In this document: positions 1 to 12,465 of the stretch, piece by piece | How positions within the stretch are numbered: position 1 is the first letter of the stretch | Layout of the letters: the number at the start of each line of letters is the position of its first letter | Origin: Torpedo marmorata | Lineage: Eukaryota | NCBI GenBank assembly: GCA_977017645.1 | Contig: OZ360229.1 | Coordinates: 26,288,001 to 26,352,000 of the forward strand | DNA length: 64,000 nucleotides | Direction of reading: 5' to 3' | Program-made: the position numbers and the translations under genes | The notes under the pieces: generated by a model | Told to the model about the DNA's origin: nothing | The model's database searches: none | Seen by the model: only the letters and a program-made list of their open reading frames with translations

Positions 1-97
1 ACATATTGGACTTTGTTAGTAAATTAATTGAAACACGTCAAGAACAAGTATCTCACCTTGCCTCCAAGTGACTATTTGTTGGATTGAAGTCACTATA
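1..97 (+). repeat. 3' end of 5' LTR, BEL-derived copy 1
   Basis: Nearly identical to 10721-10817; the two diverge after position 98. Confidence 0.9.
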
Positions 98-559
98 TGT
101 TTAGTCAATGAAAGTGGTTGTTTGGAACAGAAAATTGAAGGAAAGAAGATAGAATAATCTCTCTGTGCTTTGGACTGATATTTAAAATAAAATGGTGGCC
201 ATCTTGGAGATGCCTCAAGTTAGGGGCAGTTTGTAATCCACATCCATCTGCCATGAATAACAGCCAGAGAGGGATTTAGAGCTTCAAATCTTTTTCTTTT
301 TTTTAAATTATTTTATTTAATTTTTTAAAATCACATAATACATAATTCAAAATATATAGTTTCCAAAATACAGTGATATAAATTTCCTCCCCCCACACCC
401 TCCCACCCCTCCCCAACCCCCCCAACCCCACTATTCTAAAAATAGAAATAGAAAAAGATAAAGAAAAAGAAAAAGAGATTAATAATGAGGAGAGAACCAT
501 CTGAAAACCAATTTTAATCTGGAGGTTAAACTCGCCAATAGATCTGATTTCCACAAATT

Positions 560-2886
560 TCAAATCCTCAAACCCATAACTCTCATATATGGGCTCCAAA
601 TTTTTAAAAAAGAATGATATTTATTACGTAAATTATAAGTAATTTTTTCCAAAGGAATACACGAACGAAGTTCTGCATGCCATCTATCTAAATTCAAATC
701 TAAATCTGATTTCCAAGTAATAGCAATACATTTTTTTGAAACAGCTAAAGCAATACGCAAAAATTCTACCTGATACATATTCAATCTATTCCTAATACTA
801 AATTTTCTAATATCTCCAAATAGAAATAACATAGGGTCCATTGGAAACCTAACATTAAAAACTCTCTCTAAAAAATTCTTAACTTTAAGCCAAAAATCTT
901 GAATCTTTGGACATAACCATGTAGAATGAACAAAAGAACCTACTTCATTCTTACATCTAAAACACAAATCCGACAATGTCGGATTAAATTTCTTTAATTT
1001 TTTTGGTGTTAAATATAATTGATGAAAAAAATTAAATTGTACCAATCTATACCTAACATTAATAACTTTAGTCATACTTAACTTACATAAATCTTCCCAA
1101 TGTTTTTGAGCTATATTAATATTTAAATCTAATTCCCATTTTAATCTTGATTTATGTAATCCTACTTTTGGCATTTTTCTCTGAAATAATTTATACATTT
1201 GAGAAATAAACTTATTAACATTTGCTTTAGTAATTAGTAATTCTAACTCATTATACCTTGGAGCAATCAAATTTTCTCCTAATTTCTCAACCATAAAAGC
1301 TTTAACCTGATAATAAACTAACCATGTATTATCTAATATATCAAATTTTTCTTTCAATCTTTGAAACGTAACAAATCTTCCCCTTCAAAACAATCTTTAA
1401 AATTTTTTATACCTTTTTGAAACCATGTTTTCAATAACTGATTATTCATAGTGAACAATAAAAGTGGATTTTGATATAATGGCATATTTAAAGAAATTAT
1501 TCCTTTCCCACCTATTTCTTTATCTACCTCTGTCCATACTTCCAATAAGTGTTTAATAATCGGTGAATTTTTCTTTTTTACTGATAATAATTTAGAATTC
1601 CACTTATAAATAATATCCTCTTTATAATTTTCTCCCATATTATTTAATTCTATATTAATCCAAGCAGAAGTTTTAGCTAAATCAAAAAATTCATTAACAA
1701 ATTTTAATTGAGCTGCTTTATAATAATATTGAAAATTAGGGAGTTGCATTCCTCCCATCTCATAATTCCATGTTAACTTCTCCATACTCACTCTTGCTAA
1801 CCCCTTTCCATAAAAATTTCCTAACTATAAATTTTAAATCTTAAAAAAAAATTTTTGGAATTCCAAAAGGAATTGATTGAAAAAGATATTGAATTCTTGG
1901 AAAAATATTCATCATAATACAATTTACTCTCCCCATTAAAGTTATAGGTAAATCTTTCCAATTTTCCAAATCTTTCTTTATTTTTGTAAATAAGGGTATA
2001 TAATTTAATTTATATAAATTTTCTAATTTTGTATCCACTTTTACTCCCAAATAATTAATTCCTTCTTTTGCCCACTTAAATTCCGTAACTTCTTTACATC
2101 TAGTATAATCACCTTGAGATAAAGCCATTATTTCACTTTTATCCGCATTAATTTTATATCCAGATATTTCACCATATTCTGTTAATATAATAGCTAAATG
2201 TTGAAGTGATAAAACTGATTTCATCATATATATTAATACATCATCTGCAAACAAACTAATCTTATGCTCTTCCATACCGACTTTAATCCCTACTATATTA
2301 GGATCTGTCCTAATCAATTCAGCTAAAGGTTCTATTGCCAAAACAAATAAAGCTGGTGATAAAGGACAACCCTGTCTTGTAGAACGCGTTAAAGAAAATT
2401 TTGACGATATTTGTCCATTTGTAATTACTTTAGCTGTAGGTTCCTTATATATAGTTTTAATCCAATTTATAAAAGTATTCCCAAAACCAAATTTTTCTAA
2501 CACCTTAAATAAAAAATTCCATTCTAATCTATCAAAAGCCTTTTCTGCATCCAACGTTACCACCAATGGTAAATCTTATTTCTTTTTATGAAAATTAATT
2601 AAACTTAATAATCTAGCTATATTATCTTTAGAATATCTATTTTTAATAAAACCCGCTTGATCTGAATGTATCAAATTTGGTAAATATTTAGCTATTCTAT
2701 TAGCCAAAATTTTTGCCATAATCTTATAATCTACATTTAATAAAGAAATAGGTCTATATGACTCCGTTTTTAATACATCTCTATCTTTCTTTGGTATAAC
2801 TGTAATAATAGCATTCAAAAAGGTTTTTGGTAATAAATGAGTTTCCGTAATCTGATTTAATACTTCCATATATAGGGGTATCAATA
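560..2886 (-). pseudogene. L1 ORF2 reverse transcriptase and C-terminal CCHC region, frameshifted
   Basis: YRPISLLN, LDAEKAFD, RQGCPLSP, LFADD, YLGV and CFRC..H..W.C spread over four ORF pieces. Confidence 0.92.
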
Positions 2887-2916
2887 ACTACAAAAATAGC
2901 GTCAGAGGTAACGCGC

Positions 2917-4044
2917 ATGCGCGAATCAGGAAGATCACGTGAAGCACAGCGACCTCCGTCACAGGAGTACGTTAGAAGAAAAGACGCTCCCCAGACTGTA
3001 TTACAGCTGGGGGAGCTAGAAACATTGTCGGAGTCGGAAACCAGAGAGAGAGAGGCCCAACAGTTTGAAGAAGGGGACAGTGAGGAGTATGAACCATACC
3101 CAGAAGAGGTTATAAAGGATATTGGATCTATAAAGAATACTCAACAAAGAATATTACAAGCCATTACTAGGCTTGAACAACATATGCAGAGTGAATTTAA
3201 AGAAGCAAAACAGAATATGAAGAAAATGGAAACAGCTATGGATAAGATGGAGGTGAGAATGCAAAAGATGGAAGATGATGCTAAAATTAATTATGATGAT
3301 TTTGTGGACTATAGAGAAAGAGTGGATAAATTGGATGATTCATTTACTGGCTGGGAAAAGCAAAGAGATCAGATATTACAAAAGATGGATCAGATGGAAA
3401 ATCAAAGCCGAAGAAATAATGTTAAGATATTGGGATTACCTGAAGGTATGGAGCCGCAAGATCCAACTCAATTTTTTCAAGATTGGCTTATGCAAATATT
3501 TACTTTGGATAAACCAGTGGAGTTGGAGAGAGCCCATAGAATTGGAAGACGAGATCAGATAGATCGGAGACCTCGTCCAGTTTTGCTGAAATGTCTTAGA
3601 TATCAAGATAGAGAAAAAATAATAAGAATGGTGATTCAGAAGTCAAGAGAAAGCGGGACTCCGTTGTTGATTGATGGTAACAGAGTGCTTTTTTATCCAG
3701 ATCTAAGCTCGGCTGTGGTTAATAAGCGGAAGGAGTTTAACCTTACGAAGCAAATATTATGGCAGAAAGGGTATAAGTTCTCGTTTAAATTTCCTGCGAC
3801 TTTGAGAATTCAAAATGATGGAGATAAATCTATCTTATTTATGGATCCCCAGCAAGCACTTATTCATGCGAGAAGTCTTCCTCGTTTGCCTGGAAGTTAT
3901 AATTTGATTGCACGGCGACAAGAGCAAAACCGAGAAGATCAGCAAGGTCAAGTGGTGCCACCGTTGGTTGCGTCAGGAGAAGAAAATATTTTGGTTCAAG
4001 TCGAAGGAGAACAAGAAGAACTGGATTTGGGAGGAGTTAATTGA
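2917..4044 (+). CDS. L1 ORF1p (coiled coil + RRM + CTD); open frame, extreme N-terminus possibly clipped at the inversion junction
   Basis: Heptad region followed by RRNNVKILGLPE, ELERAHR, RPRPVL and FYPDLS motifs typical of L1 ORF1. Confidence 0.85.
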   Translation: MRESGRSREAQRPPSQEYVRRKDAPQTVLQLGELETLSESETREREAQQFEEGDSEEYEPYPEEVIKDIGSIKNTQQRILQAITRLEQHMQSEFKEAKQNMKKMETAMDKMEVRMQKMEDDAKINYDDFVDYRERVDKLDDSFTGWEKQRDQILQKMDQMENQSRRNNVKILGLPEGMEPQDPTQFFQDWLMQIFTLDKPVELERAHRIGRRDQIDRRPRPVLLKCLRYQDREKIIRMVIQKSRESGTPLLIDGNRVLFYPDLSSAVVNKRKEFNLTKQILWQKGYKFSFKFPATLRIQNDGDKSILFMDPQQALIHARSLPRLPGSYNLIARRQEQNREDQQGQVVPPLVASGEENILVQVEGEQEELDLGGVN

Positions 4045-4309
4045 ATTTATACTGTATGGTTTTATATTGATCTATTGGGGGGGGGTGGATATATTGGTAC
4101 TTCTTCCGAACCAATCACCACCTTAGCGGCGGAAGCTGCTACTCGAACAATGGAGGGGGGTAACACTGAGTTATCTGTGTTTTTTCTAAAAGGGTTTTTC
4201 TTATTTCTTTTTCTTTCTTTTATTTCATTTGAGGAGAGAATAGTTAAAATGCAATTTAGGAGGGAATCGCTAATAGACATGATAGATAGACAAAGATTAC
4301 AATGTGGTT

Positions 4310-5749
4310 ATGATGGATTCTAGAAGTATAAATTTAGTAAGTATTAATATAAATGGGCTTAATAATCCAATAAAGAGGAAAAGAACTTTGGCATACATGA
4401 AAAAGTTGAAAGTAGATATAGCTTTTTTACAGGAAACTCATTTAACAGAGGTTGAGCATCAGAAATTAAAAAGAGATTGGGTTGGACATGTTGAAGCTTC
4501 AACATTTAATTCTAAAGCTAGAGGAGTTGCAATTTTAGTTAATAAGAAATTACCTTTTAAAATACAGTCGGTAGTAGTAGATGTGGTAGGTAGATACGTT
4601 TTGGTTAACTGACAGATTTATTCAGAATTTTAGACACTTATGAATTTATATGTTTCAAATCCAGATGATGAACAATTTATTCAAGATGCATTTTTACATT
4701 TATCAGATGCTAAAGATAATATTTTAATTAGGGGGGATTTTAATTGTTGTCTGGATTCAATCATGGATAGGACTTCTAGATCGTTAGTTAGGCCTAAAAT
4801 AGTTAAAAGAATTATAAATTTGATGAAAGATTTGAATTTAATAGATATTTGGAGGAAATTGAATCCTAGAGAGAAAGATTATTCCTTTTATTCTTTTAGA
4901 CATGATTCATATTCTAGGATAGATTTGTTTTTAATATCTTCGCAAATTCAAGATAGAATATCACAGGTATCATATAAAGCGAGAATAATTTCAGATCATT
5001 CACCTTTGTTAATGACATGTGTAATTCCAGAAAAAGAGAAAACTATATTTAATTGGAGATTTGATTCATCTTTATTGAAAAGGATAGATTTTTGTGAATA
5101 TATGAGAAGGGAAATTCAAGAATTTTTGAGGATAAATGATCAATCAATTAATGATAAATTTATAATTTGGGAAACTTTAAAGGCTTATCTTAGAGGTTTG
5201 ATAATAAGTTATTTGGCAAAAATTAAAAAAGATTATTTGAAAGAAGCAGAAAAATTAGAGAAAGAGATTGAGATTATGGAAAAAGATTTACAGAGAAATA
5301 AATCAATTCGTAAGAGAAATTGTTTAATGAGGAAAAAGTTACATTATAATTTATTACAAACGTATAAAACGGAAAAATTAATAGAAAGAATGAAACAAAG
5401 ATGTTATGAATTAGGAGAAAAGGCTCATAAAGTTTTAGCATGGCAATTGAAAAAGGAACAAGTTTCTAAAACTATAAATGCTATAAAGAAAAAAAATACT
5501 GGTGAAATAACTTATAAACCCCAAGAAATAAATGAATCTTTTAAAGATTATTATCAGAATTTATATAGATCTCAGGTTGTTCAGGATGATTTGAAAATTA
5601 ATAGATTCTTATCTAGAATTACTTTACCTAAATTAAATACTCAAAATAAAAATTTTTTAGACTTACCTTTTATGATGAGAGAAGTTAATGAAGTATTATC
5701 GACGTTAAAAAGTGGTAAATCCCCTGGTGATGATGGATTTCCAGTAGAG
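4310..5749 (+). pseudogene. L1 ORF2 APE endonuclease and linker (inverted segment)
   Basis: NINGLN, FLQETH, GDFN, SRIDLF, SDHSP, ending at KSPGDDGFPVE; two in-frame stops at about 4610-4635. Confidence 0.92.
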
Positions 5750-6020
5750 CTTCAAATCTTATAGTAAAGTGTACTATAAATACGTTGGAGAAACCATTTC
5801 TGGAAAATCAGCGATATAATTGATGGATGTTGTGGTGAAACTCGTTTGTTGAATAGCAGCACATTACATTCATCTGAAGTGGTAGGCATAAGTCTGTGGA
5901 TTCCTGTGTATCTTTGGCAAGTTAGAACACAGATTGGATTTGCTGCCGCTGGTCCATTGGGGACTGTTGATTTGGCTAGTGTTGTGTATGCTTGAAGGAC
6001 AGTGGAACAAGATGAGTAAA

Positions 6021-9000
6021 ATGGCTGCAGCAGCCGCTGACGCAGCAACCTCTGATGTTGCTGTTAAGGACCAATGTATTGAAGGCATGCAGGTTGCGGA
6101 TATTAAAGAAGAATTTAAGCGAATTAAACTAGATATAAGTGGAAATAAAAGGGTTCTCATCGCAAGACTGAAGCTGGCAAAGGAAGATGTGGTTTTGTTA
6201 GATGAACAAGAAGATAGCCAATGTGGAAATGGCTGAAATTATGTCACCAAATGATGAAGAAAATGAAGAGGATGAAGATGCAAAAGATGTACAATTCGAA
6301 TTGGTGAAGGAGGTAAGTAAGAAGACAACATATGATCTGCAGGACGAAATACAAGCAAGTGACAGTGTCTCAAATGCTGAAAGCAGGAGAAACAAACGAA
6401 GTTCTGGTTCGAGCTCCAGAGTTTCTCGTACTTCAAGTTCTGCATCGTCACATACAAAGATTGAAGTTGACTTGGCCGCTCTTATTGCACGACAAAATTC
6501 TCTTAAGGATAAACATGTTTTAGAAGAACAGGAGGAGGAAATAAGAGAATAGGAGGAACAGCTGAGGCAGACAACAGGAGGAGCAGCTGAGGCAGAGTCA
6601 ATAGGAGGAGCAGCTAAGGCAGAGCCAACAGGAGGAACAGCTGAGGCAGAGACAACAGGAGGAGCAGCTAAGGCAGAGTCAACAGGAGGAACAGCTAAGG
6701 CAGAGCCAACAGCTAAGGAAGAGACAAGAGCAGCTAAGAAAGAGAAAAGAGCAGCAGGAGCTGAAAACAAATATTGCTATTGCCATGGCCAGAAAGAAAG
6801 CAATAGAAGGCTCAATGGTATCTGGTGTTCAGAGTAAATTATCTAAAGTGTCTGATAATAAAAGGTCATATTTTAAAAAAGAGTCACAGGGAAAGAAACC
6901 AACCAAAAAGGTAGATATTTTAGCAACAGGGGTACAAGACTTGCAAATACAAGGACAAATCCTTCAAGAGCATAGTGGTATCGAGTCACATGTACCAGTG
7001 GTAGGTAACATCTGAAGACAAAGTTGCGGCTTGGGTTCGGTCGAACGATGCAGCTCCCTTGTCATTTGAGTCAAGCATCAGAAATATGGGAGGAACTACA
7101 CCAGTGAGGTTTCCAGATAAATTACCTGTAACAAGAGGTGGTGAACAGAGCAATGTATTGTCATCCAAGGGAAGACAAAATGAAATTGCTGCATCATTGA
7201 TTCAGTTACAGTCTCTCTCTTCTTTGCCTAAGAAAGAGATAAAAACATTTGATGGTGATCCACTTCAGTACCAAGCGTTCATGAGATCTTTCAAACGCAA
7301 TATTGAAAATAAATGCCAAGAAACTGATGAATGTCTTTATTATTTGGAAATGTTCACAGAAGGACATCCAAAAGAACTTGTAAAGAGTTGTCAACATATG
7401 TCCTCAGACAGAGCTAAATCTTTATTAAAACAACATTTTGGCAACAAGCATCGAATTGCTTTAGCTTATATGGATAAAGCTCTTAAATGGACATCAATAA
7501 AACAGAATGATGTAAAGGCTCTACAAGCATATACTCTATTTTTAAGAGGATGTTGTAATGCCATGGAAGATATCGATAATATTCATGAGCTTGAAGTGCC
7601 TGGTAATATGTGAATCATCTTAGAAAAATGATCTTACAAGTTGTGGGATAGATGGAGAAATTTGGCTTGTGATTTACAAGAAAAGTACAGTCGAAGAACT
7701 ACTTTAAAGGACTTGGTAAATTTTCTTGAACGACAGGTGTACATTGAAACAGATCCAATATATGGAAATACCAGAGACAATTCAATGGGGAACAAAGATG
7801 TAAGGAGGTCTAACTCACAGCCTAGTCCGAAATTGAAAAGGAGTACTTTTGCTACTAATGTGTCAGATTAAAAGATAAAGTAAATAAGGAAAAGGAAAGT
7901 TTGACTGATGAGAAGAGTTGTTTGTTCTGTAAAGGTGGACATACTTTGGAAATGTGTTTACGTTTGGGAAAAAAAGGAATATAATGAGATCGCTTTTTTA
8001 AAGGAAAATGGAATATGTTTTAGGTGTCTGTGTAAAGGGCACATCAGAAAAAACTGCGAGAAGCGAATTATCTGTAACATATGCAATTTGAAACATCCTA
8101 GAATTTTTCATATCCATCAAAGAAAGAAGGAATTGGAAAAGGAGCAAACAGAAACAAAGGAAACAACAGAAAACAATGTTATAACCTCGGTTCAGACAAG
8201 TGGTCTTACCGGGGTCGGTATAGATAACTGCGAACTTTTAATAGTGCCTGTACAAGTCAAGACCAATAAAGGGGATGCAACAGTACATACATATGCATTT
8301 CTTGACCTAGGCAGTACTGCATCTTTTTGCATGGAAGGACTAATGAACAAACTTAATATTCAAGGAAGAAGGTCAAGAATTATGTTGAAAACCATGGGAC
8401 AAGAAAAGGTCGGTGAAACCAGCATTGTGTCAGGCTTAGAAGTAGCTGGATTGGATGACAAAAAAATTTGTGATCTTCCAATGTTATATACTCAAAAGAC
8501 TATGCCTGTGCACGAAGGAAACATTCCTCATCAAAATGATTTCCATCATTTGTCTTATCTATGGAAGGTTTATTTACCTGAAGTTAACTCTGAGATAGAA
8601 ATGCTGATTGGTTCAGATGTACCAAAGGTTTTGGAACCACTAGAAGTAATATGGAGTAGAGGGAATGGACCTTACGCTGTTAGAACCAAGCTTGGTTGGA
8701 CAATCAATAGACCATTGGAAAGAAATAATGATATTGCTCAGGAACAGTTAGCGATAAATATTAACAGGATTTCGGTTGTGAAAGTTGATGAGTTAAGGGA
8801 AGAGCAAAAGACTGTGATTAAGAAAGTCACTTTTGAAGAAAAGAAAATAGATCAATGTGAAAATAAATCAAAGGTATTTAAAACAACATTGAAAGAATTA
8901 TTTTCATCAGAAATGGATGAAAATGAAGTATTAGAAGATGTTGCAAATAATACTATTGATTATTCATGTGTATTTGAATCAGATACAGGAATAAAACTAG

Positions 9001-9892
9001 TGACTGAGAACAAATTTGAAAGTAGGTTTTGTAGTTCGGAGGTTACAACAGACAAAGGCCATGAAGAAATGTTGCAATGTGGTGTAAAACTGGAGAACAC
9101 AGGAAATTGTGCTGCTCGGAATGAAGAAGAATGTGAATGATAATTTAAATGCAATTAAATTCAGAGAACAAAATGTTGAAAGGGGAATTGGAAATATTAG
9201 ATAATCATGAAAACAGTAAACAGAAAGATTTAATTGTAAGTAAAATTCGCAAAATCAGAAAGCGGAAGAAAGGAATGACTGCTGAAGAAATAAATACAGT
9301 TATTGAGGAAAGAGATTCAGCATTATCAAAATGTAAAAGGTTAGAGGAAGAGATTAATATTTTGAAAGAGAACAAGTTATTGGTTAAAACACAAAACAGT
9401 TGATTATAGAAAACAATCAAGAATGTAAATTGAATGTTCAGCTACAAACAATGAAAAAAGTGATATTGTATTGCAGAAATGTAACAAGCAAGATGAAGAA
9501 ATTCAAAAATTTCAAGTTTACCACAACAGGGTTGATAATAGAAACACCAATGTCTCACATAATATTTTCACTTCAGATCAAGTTATTAATTTCTCGCAAG
9601 GAACTGAGACGGAATTGAAAGCTGCAAAATTGGATTTGGAATTGCATGAAAAGGCAATAGAAATCAGAGTGGTTAAAGAGACTCGTTTATTAAAATCGAG
9701 AAGATCAGATAAATATTCAAATTCTAGTTCTAAGAGTTTAAATTCTTCACATGAGAAGTGGAATGCTGAAGAAAGGAATAAAGTGAAACGACATGCTGAA
9801 GAAGTGCCTCGTGTTAAATTTTGTTTGAGGAAGATTTGAGGTTTACTGGTCGACGTTTTAACTCAAATATTCTGGAGATAAAAGAACTTTGA
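6021..9892 (+). pseudogene. Chimeric polyprotein: SAP domain - BEL gag - zinc knuckles - aspartic protease - MIPOL1-like coiled coil (disrupted)
   Basis: ORF pieces at 5934, 6202, 6785, 7059, 7641, 7908, 9149, 9400 and 9471 are colinear with copy 2. AAAATGG start at 6021 and stop after KEL at 9890. Confidence 0.8.
6546..6765 (+). repeat. About 27-bp coding minisatellite (GGAGGAGCAGCTAAGGCAGAGCCAACA; EEQLRQSQQ)
   Basis: About six clear units plus degenerate ones read directly. Confidence 0.85.
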
Positions 9893-10074
9893 GGAGACAT
9901 TGTAATTATTATGGACGATTCAGCTCCTCGAAACTCCTGGATACTTGGAAAAATTATTAGACTATTCAGGACAAAAGGGGACTTGTGCGTCAAGTTCGAA
10001 TTAAAACTAAGACCGGCTTTCTAAATAGACCTATTAACAAGGTCTGCCTTCTGTTGGAGACAGAGGAACTTTGA
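9893..10074 (+). pseudogene. BEL integrase C-terminal tail remnant (DUF5641-like)
   Basis: GDIVIIMDDSAPRNSWILGKII..DKRGLVRQVRIKTKTGFLNRPINKVCLLLE. Confidence 0.8.
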
Positions 10075-10274
10075 TAAATACAACCTGACTTTATTTGTTG
10101 TTGTATACTTCACAGGTTACAGACTTTTGTTGATTCAGAGTTATGGTAAACTCTGGTCTTATGAAGAAAGAAGATTTGTATATTGTTTGAATGTTATATG
10201 GTTATTGTTATTTGTAATTGATTGTGTAGTTATTATTTAAGACATTGTGTCTCGTTATAATAATTAGGGGCCGG

Positions 10275-10817
10275 TGTAAGAGCCGTAGGTTTAGTTACAT
10301 ACCTTCTTCGCGGCGTTCCGATGGTCTCGGCGGGGTTCGGAGGAGTCGCGGTGTTTAGTAGTTCGTGCTGGGCCTATTTAGTACTCTGCACATGCGCGAG
10401 AGTGCCGACGGGCGCATGCGCAGTTGGGAAGTGACGGCAGTATGCGCGGTGGAGTATGCGCGGTGAGCATGCGCGAATCGGGGAAGAAAGAATAGAAAAA
10501 GATGGCGGCTTACAGGAGGGTGAGTGAGATCGCTATATCTTTCATTGACCGTCAAAAAAATGTCAAAAGAATGTTTAATGTAACGTTTAAAGGAAGTTTA
10601 TAGATGTTTTGAAGAATCGTTATTAATCATCGTTATCAAGAATTGTTTATATTTCATTAAAAAAGATATTTAAGTTATTGAAGATTGCTACAAGTCATCA
10701 TGTGTTAATAAACATTTTGAACATATTGGACTTTGTTAGTAAATTAATTGAAACACGTCAAGAACAAGTATCTCACCTTGCCTCCAAGTGACTATTTGTT
10801 GGATTGAAGTCTCTATA
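10275..10817 (+). repeat. 3' LTR of BEL-derived copy 1
   Basis: Starts TGTAAGAGCCGTAGG after the PPT; CpG-rich 5' part; AATAAA near 10707; end matches 1-97. Confidence 0.88.
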
Positions 10818-10899
10818 TCAATGAACAATTATCAGTAAGTAGCTGTTAGTTGTGGATCTGCTGTTGCAGCAGAGATGGTTTAGTGAACCTGAAACATTA

Positions 10900-12465
10900 G
10901 TGTTTTTTACATAGACTTCGCAGGATTTTACCATTAGTAAGAGTCGCCCGACATCCCGGCAGTGGTCGTTCACACAGGAACGACCAAACCTGCAAATCTC
11001 CGTTTCTGACCGCGAGTTTAGATAGCATACCGGCAGTGCGGTATGTAAAGAGGCGGGACATCGACCGCGACGTATAACATACGTGGGACGTACAGCGCCA
11101 CTGCGTTGACATCGACTGTGACGTGAATCATACGCGTCCGACATATCTTTCAAACAGTCAAGTGAAGTCAAGTCACCTTTATTGTCGTTCATTACCATAT
11201 ACACAGTAAGATGAGATAGCGTTTCTCCAGGACCATGGGCAGATGTACATAAATATCATAATACAATAGAAAAACTATAACATGCTAATACACATATATA
11301 TCTAGGAATTGAGGAGCCTGATGGCTTGGGGGAAAAAACTGTTGCACAATCTGGACGTACGAGCCCGACTGCTTCGGTACCTCCTTCCAGATGGCAAAAG
11401 GGAAAACAGTTTACCAAAGGGGTGTGAGAAGTCCTTCACAATGTTTTTAGCCTTCCTCATGCATCGTGTGTTGTAGATATCCGTCATAGTGGGGAGAGAG
11501 ACTCCAATAATTTTCTCCGCTGACCCCACTATCCTCTGCAGGGTCTTTCAGTCCGAGATGGTACAGTTTCCAAACCAAGCGGTGATGCAATTGCTCAGAA
11601 TACTCTCAATACATCCCCTGTAGAATGTAGTAAGGATAGGGGGTGGGAGATGAACTTTCCTCAGCCTTCGCAGGAAATAAAGACGCTGCTGGGCTTTCTT
11701 GACTATGGAACTGGTGTTGAGGGACCAGCTGAGACTCTCCGCCAAGTGCACTCCAAGAAACTTGGTACTCTTTACGACCTCAACGGAAGAACCGTCCATG
11801 GTCAATGGAGAATGATCCCCCCGGGCCCATCTTGAAGTCGACAACCAACTCTTTCGTTTTGTTCACATTCAGATGCAGGTTGTTGTTTCCGCACCGTTCC
11901 ATTAGCGACTGCACCTCATCTATGTATGCTGACTCATCATTCTTACTGATAAGGCCCACCATGGTCGTATCATCAGCGAACTTCATGATGTGATTCGAGC
12001 TGTGTTTTGCTGCACAGTCATGAGTCAGCAGGGTGAACAGCAATGGACTAAGCACACAGCCCTGGGGAGCCCCCGTGCTCAATGTAATGACCTTAGAAGT
12101 GCTGTTTCCAATCCGGACTGCCTGAGGTCATTCCCGTCAGGAAGTCTAGGATCCAATAGGAAAATGGCTGTTGATCCCGAGGTGCTTTTAAAGCTCGCAG
12201 CGACTATGTATAGCACTATTCAAATGCAGGTTAATTTCATGCGTATCATGCATGACTTCATGATGCGTCCGATGCTGAAAACTTAATGTCTGCTTGCTGC
12301 AAATTTGAAAATCGCCCGCTGCCAAGTCATGCGCTTTATGCGTCATCGCGACATCGTATTCATTAGTCCCTTGGTCACGGAATGCCTGCAGTTCAGTTTA
12401 GACTGCAGGCGTTCCGGGAAAATGGGAATAATTTCCTGCAACATTGCGGCTGTGTGAAAAAACTT
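10900..12465. mobile_element. Putative non-autonomous DNA transposon (Harbinger-like ends) split by a Rex1 insertion
   Basis: CpG-rich flanks on both sides of the Rex1 piece; imperfect inverted ends GTTTTTTACATAG.. / ..CTGTGTGAAAAAAC. Confidence 0.35.
11157..12153 (-). mobile_element. Rex1/Babar LINE, 5'-truncated
   Basis: [36 protein letters not shown]; (TTGAC)n-like tail. Confidence 0.88.

Larger units (their letters stand above)
293..5749 (-). mobile_element. L1-clade LINE, near full length, with 5' inversion (3' half on -, ORF1+EN on +)
   Basis: Poly(T) tail from 293. TSD (TAGAG)CTTCAAATCTT at 277-292 and 5745-5760. The empty site is visible in copy 2 near 43330-43350. Strand switch near 2886-2890. 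Confidence 0.92.
1..10817 (+). mobile_element. BEL/Pao-derived non-autonomous LTR retrotransposon, copy 1 (5' LTR cut by window edge; L1 inserted in leader)
   Basis: 1-97 repeats at 10721-10817. Purine tract TTAGGGGCCGG precedes TGTAAG at 10275. Internal BEL-type gag (TFDGDPLQYQAF), Cys/His knuckles, protease AFLDLGS and integrase tail; no RT. Colinear with 38294-44101. Confidence 0.9.

Noticed and set aside
6546-6765. CRISPR-like array
   Set aside because: Head-to-tail coding repeats without unique spacers, in eukaryotic DNA.
6198-6770. 190-aa Ala/Pro repeat ORF on the minus strand
   Set aside because: Antisense shadow of the gag minisatellite.
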